Positions 25,672 to 38,144 are shown, counted from the stretch's first letter. The stretch: DNA of 64,000 bases from Octopus vulgaris (GCA_951406725.2 OX597820.1:14384001-14448000); one strand, 5' to 3'. Notes: a model not told the origin generated them from the letters alone. Program-made: numbers and translations.

Positions 25672-25890
25672 TTCAAGGGGGTGCTGAACAGTTCCTGGTT
25701 TTAAGGGTATCATGAAGGGCCTAGTTGGAGGCCCAACCTTCCGAGTTCTCTTACAGGGCTTAGAAAAACTGAAGGAGTGTTACAATAAGTGTGTGAATCT
25801 GAGAGGGGAATATGTTGAATAAAATCATAATTAACTGATCCTCCTGTATTTTCTTTTACCGAAAGCCAGGAACTTTTCAGCCCCCTCTCA
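25672..25890 (+). mobile_element. Internally deleted mariner element (MITE) with TA target duplication
   Basis: TIRs ttcaagggggtgctgaacagttcctggtttt / aaagccaggaacttttcagccccctctca with TA on both sides; interior encodes GLEKLKECYNKCVNLRGEYVE*, the mariner transposase C-terminus. Confidence 0.85.
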
Positions 25891-26522
25891 TATCTTTTAC
25901 TTGGGACACCACCGTGAAGAATTATTGGTTGAATGAAATTGACCCCAGAACATATTCTATTCGTTTCTTGCCAAACAACTAAGCTATGGGGACTTGTTGG
26001 GGAAAATACACAAACATACACACACTCATATATATATACACAATGGGCTTCTTTTAGTTTCCATCTACCCACAAGACACTTGCCCAAAGTGTCACACAAT
26101 GGGACTGAACCTGGAACCAAGTGGTTGAGAAACAAGCTTCCTTACTACATAGCCACACTGGATGCAGTGTCTGAGTAACACCTTATAGCTTCACCAGAGC
26201 CTTGAATATGATGTGTGCATATTTGTGTCCCTCACCTACCACCATTTGACAACCAGTGCTAGTCCCCCATAACTTAGCAGTTCAGCATAAGAGATTGATA
26301 TGGTAGAATAAGTACAGACTTATAAAATGAATAAGTACTGAGGTTGATTTTTTGATTAAGCTCTTAAAAGTGGTGCCCCAGCATGGACACAACCCAATGA
26401 CTGAAAGAAATGAAACAAAAGACAAAGTGTTTGATTACTGAGGAAGCTGATGGCGACTGTGAAATGTTGCTGTGTTGCATCTTTCAGGATGCAGAACACA
26501 GTTCAAATAGATTTGTTGAATG

Positions 26523-26920
26523 GTCATCATCATCATCATCGCTTACAGCCTGTTTTCTATGCTGGCATGGGTTGGATGGTTTGACTGAAGTCTGGAGAGC
26601 CAGTGGCTGCACCAGGCTCCAATCCGATCAGGCAACATTTCTACAGCTGGATGCCCTTCCTAATGCCAACCACTCCGAGAGTGTAGTGGGTGCTTTTTAC
26701 ATGCCACTGACACAGGAGCCAATCAGGTGGGCCTGGCATCAGCCATGTTCAGATGGTGCTTTTTATATGCCACCAGCATGGGAGTTAGTCAAGGGGTACT
26801 GGCATCGGCTACATTCTGACGGTGCTTTTTACATGCCACCAGCACAGGAGCCAGTCAGGCAGCCCTGGCATCGATCACATTTGGATAGTGCTTTTTACGT
26901 CACCAGAATGGGATCCGACC
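26523..26920 (-). mobile_element. Family-3 tail with internal 66-bp tandem repeat (3+ copies)
   Basis: ggtgctttttac recurs at 26689, 26755, 26821 and 26887. Confidence 0.8.
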
Positions 26921-26938
26921 AGGTTGTACAAAAAGGCT

Positions 26939-27524
26939 TCAACTCCTCAGCATTCAGATTTATTCTGTCAAATGCAATCTCTCTCTATATAAACGGCAGT
27001 TTGTCTGTCTGTGTGTCTGTTAGGTTGTACCCTCACCCTGACCACGGCTTTCAACCGATTCTGATGAAACTTGACACATACATAGCCCAATGTCATAATT
27101 CAAAACTAACACAGCGAAAATTTTGAAAAGTTCCCCCAGTTCTGAAAAAAATCGATAAATTCGACATGGGGTCGAGAATCAGAAACACAAACCACAGACT
27201 GTCTAGGGGACGCAACTCAACCTTTTTAACTCTCAAAAAAATTTACCATATTTTTTCCCCATTTTTTTGCTATTTTTTTGCTATAACTCTCTAAAATTGC
27301 TTTATAGTTATTTCCCTTACAAACCCGAGCAACGCCGGGCGATACTGCTAGTCCTTATATATTCACAACATTTTGAATTAATCACGTAGCTTTAAGATTT
27401 TTGTGATGTCATTGCTTATTTTTAGAACATTACTGGGCAAGTGCGGGTAGCTGAATCTGGTTGGTTTGAACATAAAACAGAATATTCAAGCTGTATATGG
27501 TTGGTTAGAATAATAAAGGGTTAA
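26939..27524 (+). mobile_element. piggyBac-like TTAA MITE split by a Helitron
   Basis: Ends aactcctcagcattcaga ... taaagggTTAA; homologous to 48037-48100, 53805-53937 and 56815-57028 (-). Confidence 0.65.
26978..27351 (+). mobile_element. Non-autonomous Helitron
   Basis: Inserted at A|T; starts TC, has a tgtctgtctgtgtgtctg microsatellite near the 5' end and a 3' hairpin cccgagcaacgccggg followed by CTAG; no TSD. Confidence 0.88.
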
Positions 27525-28027
27525 GCGGAGGGGGGGAAAAAACATGCCCAGGTAAGAGACAAGTGACTGAGACCTTTAGTGATATGCCATGCTTGAGAAA
27601 ACCCGTCAAGCCAAGTGAGATCATAGTTGCAGCTGATGTCAGTGTTTTGTAATTGGCACCTATGCCAGTGGTGTGTAAAAAGCACCCACTAGATTCTTGG
27701 AGTAGCTGGTGTTAAGGAGGGCATCCTGCCGTAGAAACCATGCCAAATCAGATTGGAACCTGGTGCAGCTCCCCAGTTTTCGGTCAAACCCACGCCAGCA
27801 TGGAAAATGGATGTTAAAAAAAAAAAGAATGTAATACATCAATTGTTAAACAAAGTGTCATAACTGTATTATCCTCCTCCTGAGACCCCTTCGGTCACGA
27901 CACGGAACATGGGATTGCACCTAAAAGTTACCCTCCCAGGCACACACTGAAAATCCGCATTCACCATTTTATCAAAATCAGTGTTTCTTGACCGTTTTTC
28001 ACCTATGGGCCCCTCTGGTTCCTATTT

Positions 28028-28440
28028 TAGTTGCTGTGTGTAAGAGAGAAGACTGCGCTAGTTTGGTCATGTGATGCAGATGGATGACAAGTGATGATCT
28101 CTCCAAGTACATGGAAATGAGAGACCCAGGAAGACATGGGATGAAGTACTGAAGAATGATCTCAGGATGCTGAGCCTTGCAGGCAAGATGACAGAGGACG
28201 GAGATACTTGGCACCTTGCTGTACTCCACAGCAGAAGAATTAAGACTGGTAGGGAAAAGCACTTATGGCAGTGCCATGTAAAAGGCACCCAGTATACTCT
28301 GTAAAGTGGTTGGCATTAGAAAGGGTATCCAGCTGTAGAAACTATGCCAAATCAGAAGGGAGTCTGGTGCAGCTCTCCAGCTTTGGTCAAACCGTCCAAC
28401 CCATGCCAGCATAGACAATGGACATTAAATGATGATGATT
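28028..28440 (+). mobile_element. RTE-clade LINE 3' remnant joined to a family-3 tail
   Basis: Translates as ERRLR*FGHVMQMDD...RPRKTWDEVLKNDLRMLSL...EDGDTWHLAV, followed by gtgccatgtaaaaggcaccc...(GAT)n. Confidence 0.8.
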
Positions 28441-30241
28441 GTTTGCAGATGGACACTCATAGTCATTTCATGTTTAAAAAGCCACGTTATATTTTTATTA
28501 TTGAATATTGTTAGGAATTGTATTTAAAAAATTGTAAAAACACTTTGTGTATTGTAGATGTACAACCAATTTAAATGCACATAAATTTTAACAGTGGAAT
28601 CTTCTGTGGACCCTAGTTGAGACCCACTGATCTAAGTGTTTGCTTCCTCTCCCTGAAATTCCTTCACTACATCGACCACACCAAGCTTAGTTTCCACAAT
28701 GATATAGTCATAAGTTTAACATCTTTGAGAGTAAACTTTAAAAATTGGGAGATCAAAGGGTAAAGCTCTTTCCTGAGTCATAAAGGCTCATAGGGCCAGC
28801 TGCTTGGATTCTCTGACATATATATCCCAACTCCCCTAGATGGGAAGCTGGTCTGTTGCAGGATTACTCACTTTTGGTAGCTGGGTCTACTGAAGCAATG
28901 TGAAATGAAGTGTTATGCTCAAGTACACAATGCAATGTCAGGCCCAGGAATTGAAACCACAATCTTATGATCAACAGCCCAACACTTTAACCACTAAGCC
29001 ATGTGCCTCCAAAGAAAAAAAAAAGAAGAAAAAGACACTTAAAACATCTGAAGGAAATCAAAGGAAAACATTTGAAGTCCAGATGATAAAAATCTTTGCT
29101 CAAATGACAAGGTTTATTGATAAATTGACAAATATGAATAAAAAAAAATATATGTAAATGTATTTGTGTTTGAACTTTCTAAGTAAAATTATTAATATAA
29201 CGATCTTAATAAAAAAAAATTAATAAATAATAACTCAAAATGATTATGGTAAATATTAAAAAGAAAACAAAAATTGCTGTAGCTAAAACTAATATCAATA
29301 AAGGCCCATGACAATGAATCAGTCACGTTCTGCTGCTTTTGTAATATGTAAATAAACAAACCGCCAAGTCCGCTGGAACCGTTCGTTGGTGAGTGCGTGC
29401 GTGAGTTTGTTTACAATAGCACTGAGTAGCGGGAGGAGTTTTAGTGATGGTGGCTAGTTTTAGAGTAAACAGTGGTTTCGTACACACAGGCCCTTAACTG
29501 CGATGACACAATAAAACAGGAGACGCCGAGACATTTGTGTTCATTCTGAAGACATCCAACCAGGCTTAAAGTGAAAGTGAAAATGGCTTACGGCCGTGCT
29601 CTCTCACCTCCAGCCTTAACTGCAGATGGATTGGACACGCCATCGCGTTGATGGTTAATTTTAGCTTCTTGTTGCTTAGCTCCAGGTCAACTCTGAACAG
29701 ATATATAAAGCATTCTAAAGTCCACTTCATCTTTTTCCCACATTAATATAACTGAATTAAAGCAATGTGTCCCTTCTTCTTTAAGACTGTTGTTGTTTTC
29801 GTGAGTACGAAGCCTGTGTTATCATATTTTTATTTATTATTTAGGTCCTACGTTTTTTAGGGGTAGAGAGAGAGAGAGAGGGAGAGAGAGAGAAAGTGTG
29901 TGTGAATTGATCACGTCTTATGTAAGGGTAGTAGCAACATGACTGAAATAAATAGTCTTTAACTAAGATCCTAAATGACTGGGTGATTCGACTTAGTTAA
30001 AAGCCACTGGACACGCCGGAAAAATATTAGTTGAGATCGAAACTGGGCCGGAAAATTACAAATGCATGTGTCAATGCGTCTGTGTGTGTAATGGGGTGTG
30101 AAATGAAGATGGCGGGAGAAAGAGAAAAAATTAACAATTGTAAAATGATAAGAAAATATGAATGAAATTGAAAAAAAAAATATTTATATATACATATAAG
30201 ATAAAAAAAAAAGAGGGGGAGTGGGTAGAGTCCGATGTGAT

Positions 30242-30499
30242 TTAATCTTCTGGTCTTTCGGGAGGCGGACCACATGGCTGTACCATTTTTTCCATCAGAT
30301 TGAAACGGACGCGAGCCTTCGATTCGTTTTCCACCAGCGAGAAATAATTGAGCATATCAAAATGGCCAAGGTAGGAAGCGTAGCTGTCCCTGTGTTGATT
30401 CGTCAGCCATTCCCATTTATTTGTATCCGCGTGTCCAGTTCCGATGTATTTCGATTGCAGATGTTCCAACTGGCTGTGGATGTTGTATCGATCACCCAT
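30242..30499 (-). CDS. SF3B5: Splicing factor 3B subunit 5 (SF3b10), 85 aa, intronless CDS
   Basis: MGDRYNIHSQLEHLQSKYIGTGHADTNKWEWLTNQHRDSYASYLGHFDMLNYFSLVENESKARVRFNLMEKMVQPCGPPPERPED; strong Kozak context GCCATGG at 30499. Confidence 0.98.
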   Translation of the reverse strand: MGDRYNIHSQLEHLQSKYIGTGHADTNKWEWLTNQHRDSYASYLGHFDMLNYFSLVENESKARVRFNLMEKMVQPCGPPPERPED

Positions 30500-30585
30500 G
30501 GCGACGACAGAGATAACACTATATAACAACAGCGATAGCCGCAGTAGTAGTAGTAGTAGTAGTAGAAATTCGAGTCGCTGCGATG

Positions 30586-30593
30586 TTTTTATA
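30586..30593 (-). promoter_or_regulatory. Putative TATA box of SF3B5
   Basis: TATAAAAA on the minus strand ~90 nt upstream of the ATG, in CpG-containing context. Confidence 0.45.
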
Positions 30594-31050
30594 TGCGGCT
30601 TAAAATATTATATTTTGCTTACACCTTCCACTTCTTGATTTGAAAGTTTATTATTGGACGTCTTCGATTCCAAAAGGTCTGTGAAAAACAAAAACAAAAC
30701 TCTATAAACATAGCAAATAAATAAATAAAATAATGCGATCATTAGAATAGATAAACTTTCGAGAGAACTTGCAAAATTTTTTTGTAATAGTGGTTCTCGA
30801 AGCAGATAAAGCTATAAATGAACAGCATGTAAATATCGGTTGAAAATCGCTTCGGATACAAAAAAATCGAAAGCTACGCTTGTTTACAGAAGTTGTGGGT
30901 TCGAGTCTCAGGAACAGCTTTCGACTTATTCTTCCATCAAAGGGATTTTCAACTCAATATTTGCATTTTGTTAAATTCTTCCAACAACCTGAAGTTTTTC
31001 AAATTTTCACCTGAATATTATTATTTTTTTAAATGGGTAAACTACTGGCG

Positions 31051-31243
31051 AACAGTGGTCCCGGTGCGCGCACGCGCTAGCTAGTCATGACTAGTCGATC
31101 CTTACTTTGTGTTTTTATGTTATTTACTTTGTTTAAAGAATTATTTACTTCGTGTTTTTGTGTTTTATTTACTTTGCTACGTAGTCGTAGCATCGACCTG
31201 GTCACGACTAGCTTGCACGAGTGCGCGCACCGGGACCACTGTT
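31051..31243. mobile_element. Fold-back element / MITE upstream of SF3B5
   Basis: Perfect 23-bp IR aacagtggtcccggtgcgcgcac / gtgcgcgcaccgggaccactgtt, extending imperfectly to ~55 bp; T-rich interior. Confidence 0.75.
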
Positions 31244-32609
31244 GGTTAGTAGTACCTTTTAAATGTAATTTCTTTATTATTAATTTCTAGGAAGAATGAA
31301 TTTCGACAATCATCAGCTGCATGCAAAAGCTACAATTAATAATAATAATAATAATAATAATCTGGTGAAAATTTGAAGAACTTTGAATGGTTGGAAGCAG
31401 TTTAAAAGGATTCCAATATCTACAGTTATTATTATTATTTATAGTTCTATGTACTCCAAGATCCACCGTTATAAAAAGAGAATCAATTGTCATTATAACC
31501 AGTGTCAATTATGTAATCATGGTAATTAATTAAATTGCAAACATTTAAAACAAAAACAAATATATTTAAGGAGGGAAATTACGAATGAGAAACTCAAACG
31601 TGACAAGACGATCGCTGATGGTGTGTTATTATGGATACTGAAACTATGAAGGGCTTTTAAGGTATTTCAAATAAAAAAAGGAGGGTTTAGCATTGAAATG
31701 TAAAAATAGAATGATTATTTATGGGTGAAAATTGATAGAAATAAAGGTAAAAAATAATTCACCGTCGCTTCTCCTCTGCGAGTCCAGGCGTGGTAGAGAC
31801 AAAATGGTGGAAGATACGAAACAGACGATAACGAGATGTAATTAAAGGTGATCATTAAACTACGAAAAGAGTTATGATGATGGTTTAGGAGTAATATTTA
31901 GTAATCTAAAATATACGTAACCTTTTTGTGATGAAATGTAATGTCCGAGATGCTGTGGTTACTTTTTGGCTTTTTTTCGTTGTTGTGTGTAGATAGAAAG
32001 ATAGATATATTTATGAGTAAATATGAAGTAGCTGGAAGGACGGAGGATGAGGCAGAGGTAGAGAGAAAGGCAGGGAGATGTAGAAGAGGGGGAGAGAGAG
32101 AGGGAGAAAGAGATAAAGGTGTAGAGTGAGTGGGAGTGAAAGGAACAATTGTAGAAGGCGATGGTTTGTAGGTGAAGAAGCGCGAGAGTGAATGGGTGAT
32201 GAGCCGTGGTGATCTCCCCTTAACGAGAAGGAGAAAGATAAAGAGAGGAAGAAGGGGAGAAAAAGAGTGTGTGTGAGAGAAGGAGAGAGAGCAGGTGAAA
32301 GAAAGACAAAGAGATAGAGAGGGGTAACGAGAGAAAGAGTGAGCTACAGAGAGATAAAGAGAGTGTGTGAGAAAGAGAAAGAGAATCAACGTGAGAGTGA
32401 GTGAGGAAAAGAGTTAGAGAGAAAGAAAAAGAGAAGCCAAGAAACAGAACGGAAGAAAAAGAGTGCGAGGAACAGAGATAGAAAAAGAAAAGGGAAGTGA
32501 GAGGGAAAGAGAAAGGAATACAAAGAGAGTGAAAGGGAGAGAGAGAAAGAAAGAGAGTCAGAGTGAGAGGGGGAGTGAAAACAAAAAGTTTAAAAAATAA
32601 CAAAAAAGA

Positions 32610-33102
32610 CAAAGCGCCCCCTGGACTTGGTTCACTAATGGCAAGTCAAAACCGATGCATAACAACGGAGTTTGCTACTGTGGCTGTGGGTTTTATTTAA
32701 AGTGAAAGAATCCATCGCCGAAATATGCTAAAAACAAGTTAAAAGTTTATTTTGGCCATTGATTAAATATATTTTTCAGTTTTTGAATAGGATTCGTGTT
32801 CCACGTTAAGTTTTTCGTGTGTGGAACTGTGCTTGAGTTGTGATCGGTTGGTTAGGTCTGCCGACTATTGCCATAAATAGCCGAGACTGGTGTTCGCAAA
32901 TTAAGAGGATGCAATTGTGAACACCAAGCAGGACTTATTATTATTTAATTCTATTATTATTATTATTGATACACGCTAACGCAGGGAAAAATTATTATAG
33001 ACAGGAGAAAAACAATCACATCAAAGTTTATTGCTTTTTTTATAACCGATTTATTGAGGATTAAAAAAAAAAAAGATAAAAACATTAATTTGTTAGGTAA
33101 GT
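32610..33102 (+). promoter_or_regulatory. Candidate promoter and non-coding first exon of a plus-strand gene divergent from SF3B5
   Basis: CTCF-like GCGCCCCCTGGA at ~32614 after a ~600-bp GA tract, unique CpG-containing sequence, consensus donor AG|GTAAGT at 33096/33097 followed by a T-rich tract. Confidence 0.45.
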
Positions 33103-33691
33103 TTTTTTTATTGTTTTACATTATTTTTTCTGTTTGTTTTTTTTTATAACAAAGTTTATTAAGAAAAAAGAAAAAGTGGAGAAATTTATCCCAAATCTTC
33201 AAGTACCTAATTTGAATTTTTTTCTATGTATGTCGAACGTATATTTATACAATGTTATATACCAAATGTGTTTCATTTTCTCTCAATATGTGTATATATT
33301 AATTAACCCTTAGCTGTAATTCATTTGTAGGTGCGCGCGTGGATCGAGTGTGTATATTATTATTATCACAATTAATTGTAGTATTATCGTATTATTTATC
33401 TTAAGTATAAACGAATTTCATTCTCTCTTTCATTCTGGATGTCTACATGTATTCATGTAGGTGTGTGTCTTCCACTTAACATGTACCCTCCGATCCTGAG
33501 AAATAAGTGTTTTTATGTCTGCGCGCGTTTTATCCTCATTACCCCGTACCTGTATAAATATGTTGGGTGATGCTGGTGTTCCCTACATGAGCCCTAATAC
33601 GAGCAGACAGACGTATACTCAAAGACGTTTGAAGCCCTCATCAACCCGTATTTCCTTCTTTTTTCCCCCTCAATCCTTGTGCATCCAAGAC

Positions 33692-34004
33692 GGTATTAGC
33701 CGAGGTCGACTTTGCCTTTCATCCTTTCGGGGTCGATAAATTAAGTACCAGTTACGCACTGGGGTCGATGTAATCGACTCAATACCTATGTCTGTCCTTG
33801 TTTGTTCCCTCTGTGTTTAGCCCCTTGTGGGTAATAAAGAAATAGGTATTAGCCGAGGTCGACTTTGCCTTTCATCCTTTCGGGGTCGATAAATTAAGTA
33901 CCAGTTACGCACTGGGGTCGATGTAATCGACTTAATACCTATGTCTGTCCTTGTTTGTTCCCTCTGTGTTTAGCCCCTTGTGGGTAATAAAGAAATAGGT
34001 ATTA
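33692..34004 (+). mobile_element. Family-2 SINE 3' part in a 153-bp direct tandem duplication
   Basis: ggtatta at 33692, 33845 and 33998; the two units differ at about one base. Confidence 0.9.
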
Positions 34005-35363
34005 TCCTAGGAGTCCGTCCTTCCTTTTGGGAGATTTGTCTGCTATTTCTAACCGGTCAAACGATCGTGCAGCTACTTTCCCTTGATGTCTAGTTAGGTA
34101 CATGTGTGTGTGTCTGTGTATTTACTTCGGTTAACCATGTGTTCTAGTGTATACATTTATGTATATATATATATATGTAGGTCTGTGACCGCCGATATGC
34201 TGTACACTAGGCATGTTAATCCTCGACCCAACGGCTTCTCCAGCCTGGATACCAACATTAAAATAAAAAAAAAAAGATGCGATTTAATTACGTTGGAGCC
34301 TTCTGGCGCTTTTAAGTGTTTATATATATTATTACATGCATTTTATTTAATTTACACCAACGTATATGTTATTTATATCCATAGCACCATACGATCATTA
34401 TTATCTCATCGTATATTGTCACTTGTGTCAGTTCATCCATCGCATCATGTTGAGAAGGAAACAAAAGTACGAAAAAGAAAATTGAACACAGCTGCCAAGA
34501 GATATATCGGTGCTTATTGTATGGATGGATGTATATATATGTGTGTGTGTGTGTGAGTGTGATCGATCGTATTAAAGGGGCCCCCTTGCAAATGTGTCAT
34601 CGCCTTTTCGATTTTGTCTGCTGGCTCAGGAGTCGTAATTAGCATTAGCGCGACACTGGAAAGGCTGAGGTACTGATAAAGCCAGGATTCATTGGGTGCC
34701 GTTAGCGATATCTTCTATGGACATCTTTTAGAAAGTCTGTTGTTCTTATACACACACACACACACACATACATATTCAAACATAGTCACATATGTTTATG
34801 TAGAATTTGTGTATTAAATTAAACATACATGGTTCTTTTTCTCTCTTTCTTTCTTACGGAGACATACATACATACACACACATTCGCATACAAAACAATC
34901 AATCGCTCGTTGTCGAAACCCACATTGTCTCAGACATGTAATTCACGAATAAAAACCGCATGATTCGCTTTCGTTCATCCAAATGATTATTCACACGCGT
35001 TTCTAATTGTGTGTGTCTCCGCCATACATATATATGTGTGTGTATGTGTGTATATATATGTCTGTGTGTGTATATATGCGTATATATATATGTGTGTGTG
35101 TGTATATGCGTATATATATATATGTGTGTGTGTGTGTATATGTATATATGTGTATGTGTATATATATATGTATATATATATATATATATATAAATGTGTG
35201 TGTAAATATATATGTGTGTATATATATATATATGTGTGTATATATATATATGTGTGTATATATATATATGTGTGTATATATATATATATGTGTGTATATA
35301 TATATATGTGTGTGTATATATAATGTGTGTGTATATATATATATAAATGTGTGTGTGTGTGTA

Positions 35364-35404
<41 letters not shown>

Positions 35405-36261
35405 GTGTGTGTGTATATATATGTGTGTGTGTGTTGTTTCAGTCATTGGACTGTAGTCATACTGGGGTACCACCTTGAAGCCTTAGTTGAACAAATCGTC
35501 CCTGGTACTTATCCTTTCGGAACCGCTAGTTACAGGGACATAAACAGACTAACACTGGTTAAACGGCGTGGGGGAGACTAATACACACACACACACGTAT
35601 GCGAGTATACTACACTTCCACACAATTTAGCAAATTCACTCACAGGGCTTTGGTCAGCCCGGGGCCATAGTAGAAGGCACTTTCCCAAGATGTGTGTGCG
35701 ATGTTTATCTAGTTACTATTTATAGGTGGTACTTAACTATTTTAAAATCTGTCATATTGTGTAGTGTGGATAAAGTCTGTGTGTGTGTATGTATGCGCAC
35801 CTGCTCACGTATATTTCAAAAAGTTTAAGTTAATTGAAATCAATCAATAGCTCCGTATGTAACCTACATATACCTACGTGTGTGTATGTGTGTGTATATA
35901 TACTTATACGCACACGTATACATATGTATATCGTTGGCTTAGCATTTGACCCTAAACTACTGATAGGATCGGTTGGGGTGTCTTTCATGACATTTAAACC
36001 GAGCGGTTTCTTTTAGAGAGAGAGAGAGAGAGACAGAGAGATTGTGTGAGAGTGAAAAGAACAGTAAGGAGAGAGAGAGTGGAGGGGGGGGATAACGATC
36101 GCAATACCGAATGGATGAAAAAGCTAAACTGTTCCTCTCTGGGATTTGAAATCAGAGCGTGGAGACCAGAACGAAGGCTGGCCAGCATGCGATTGTATGG
36201 GAGCTCTAACGATTGTCAGTTTGCCGCCTTATTGTTGATCATTACATATATACATATATAC

Positions 36262-36319
<58 letters not shown>

Positions 36320-36320
36320 A

Positions 36321-36512
36321 AAGCGACATAGTTTTATATTGATGGGCAGTATATTCCTGGTGGTCTATAACCGGTCAAAAAGTTACAATCGGTTTCGCGT
36401 CTATTAATTTGCACTTGGCGATACCGACAATCAAAACCACTGGTAACTTTCTGACCGGTTATATGCCATTACCAGGAATATGCTATTCGACACTATAAAA
36501 GTATAATCGCTT
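36321..36512. mobile_element. MITE-like element with ~65-bp imperfect TIRs
   Basis: aagcga...tatattcctggt...tataaccggtcaaaaagttac pairs with gtaactttctgaccggttata...accaggaatatg...tcgctt. Confidence 0.7.
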
Positions 36513-37456
36513 AGATTCTGTTTTCCTCTGACTTAAGGATAACTGATCAATTATATATATATAATCTTTGGTCGAAAGATATCCAAGTTATATACGATTG
36601 ATCAGTTATCCATATATATTGATCGATTTAGGATCATCAATTCAATTTTAAGTGGAAAATTATCCTAAGCAATCGGAATTGAAATTTAGAAACGTGGAGT
36701 TTGGCTCCCCTCCTACGTCCACCAAAAAAATTTTTCAAAAAGAAACAATAAATGGTATTGGTGGTGGTGGTGTTGGGTTGAACATTTAAAGCTTTTTTTT
36801 TTAAATTATTTTTCGTTTTGTCTCTTTCTTCTTTTATGAGGGGGTGGTGCGAGAGGCCGAGGCAGAATTTGAGTCTCGGAAGTTGATAAATAGAGATTTG
36901 AAAAAATTCTTCAAACTATATATATATATATATATATATAAAAAAAAAGGAACCGGGTGTAGGGGAAGGCTATTTGGACATTGCTGAATAAGTCATTGCA
37001 AATTTCTCTAGTTTCGGTTTATAAATCACAAACTGAAAGCGCGACATGTGTGTGTGTGTGTGTGTGTGTGTATTTGCGTTTATATATTTTTGTGTATATA
37101 TATATATGTATGAATATATATGTGTGTGTGTTTGCATTTGTGTATGTCTGTATATATGTATACATATATGTATATACCTGTACGTCTGTATGTGTGTGTG
37201 TGTATAAATATATTTGTACATGTATCAATGTGTTTATATAAATATTGATATATAAATGTACTTGTATATGTATGTGTCCATGTGTGTGCACGTATGTGTG
37301 TATATATATATATGCACGTATGTATCGATGTATGTGTGTGTGTATATATATTTGTATGTATCGATGTATGTATGTGTATATGTATGTATCTGTGTGTGTA
37401 TATATATATATAAAAGTACATGTATCTATATGTAAATGCACATGTATGTGTGCACA

Positions 37457-37498
<42 letters not shown>

Positions 37499-37576
37499 AA
37501 TGTGTATATATGTATAGTTATGTGTGTATATGTATATTTATAGGAGTATATATTTATATATGTATATTTATGGGAG

Positions 37577-37607
<31 letters not shown>

Positions 37608-37949
37608 TTGTGGCTGTGTGTATGTATATATATAATGTATATAATTTCAGGTGTGTGTGTAACTTCGGCATAATTAAATGTTACGTAAAGTTTAGTTCTC
37701 TTTTGCTTTTTTTTTTTTTACCTGATTAAAAAAATTTCTAAGAATTCCAAGAGATGATTGAACGAAACCATCTTCCGAGTAATTTGTGTACCTGTGAAGA
37801 TATTTGACATCTAATAATATAATGTATATTGGAACCACGTGGCTTCGGTTTCTCTTCCACCTTGCGGCACATTTGACTGAGTCCCACTGCTGTAAGCCCC
37901 GGGCTATATATACATACAACCATTGGTCACTCTGAGACCGGACATATTC

Positions 37950-38144
37950 TTTCTCTTACTTGTTTCAGTCATTTGACTGCGGCCATGCTGGAGCACCGCC
38001 TTTAATCGAGCAACTCGACCCCGGGACTTATTCTTTTGTAAGCCCAGTACTTATTCTATCGGTCTCTTTTGCCGAACCGCTAAGTAACGGGGACATAAAC
38101 ACACCAGCATCGGTTGCCAAGCAATGCTAGGGGGACACACACGC

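Noticed and set aside
26410-27126. 238-aa ORF
   Set aside because: It spans three unrelated repeats (family-3 tail, TTAA MITE, Helitron) and has no protein motif.
30500-30529. 10-aa N-terminal extension of SF3B5 in the ORF track
   Set aside because: It starts at a non-ATG codon; the conserved protein starts at the Kozak ATG at 30499.
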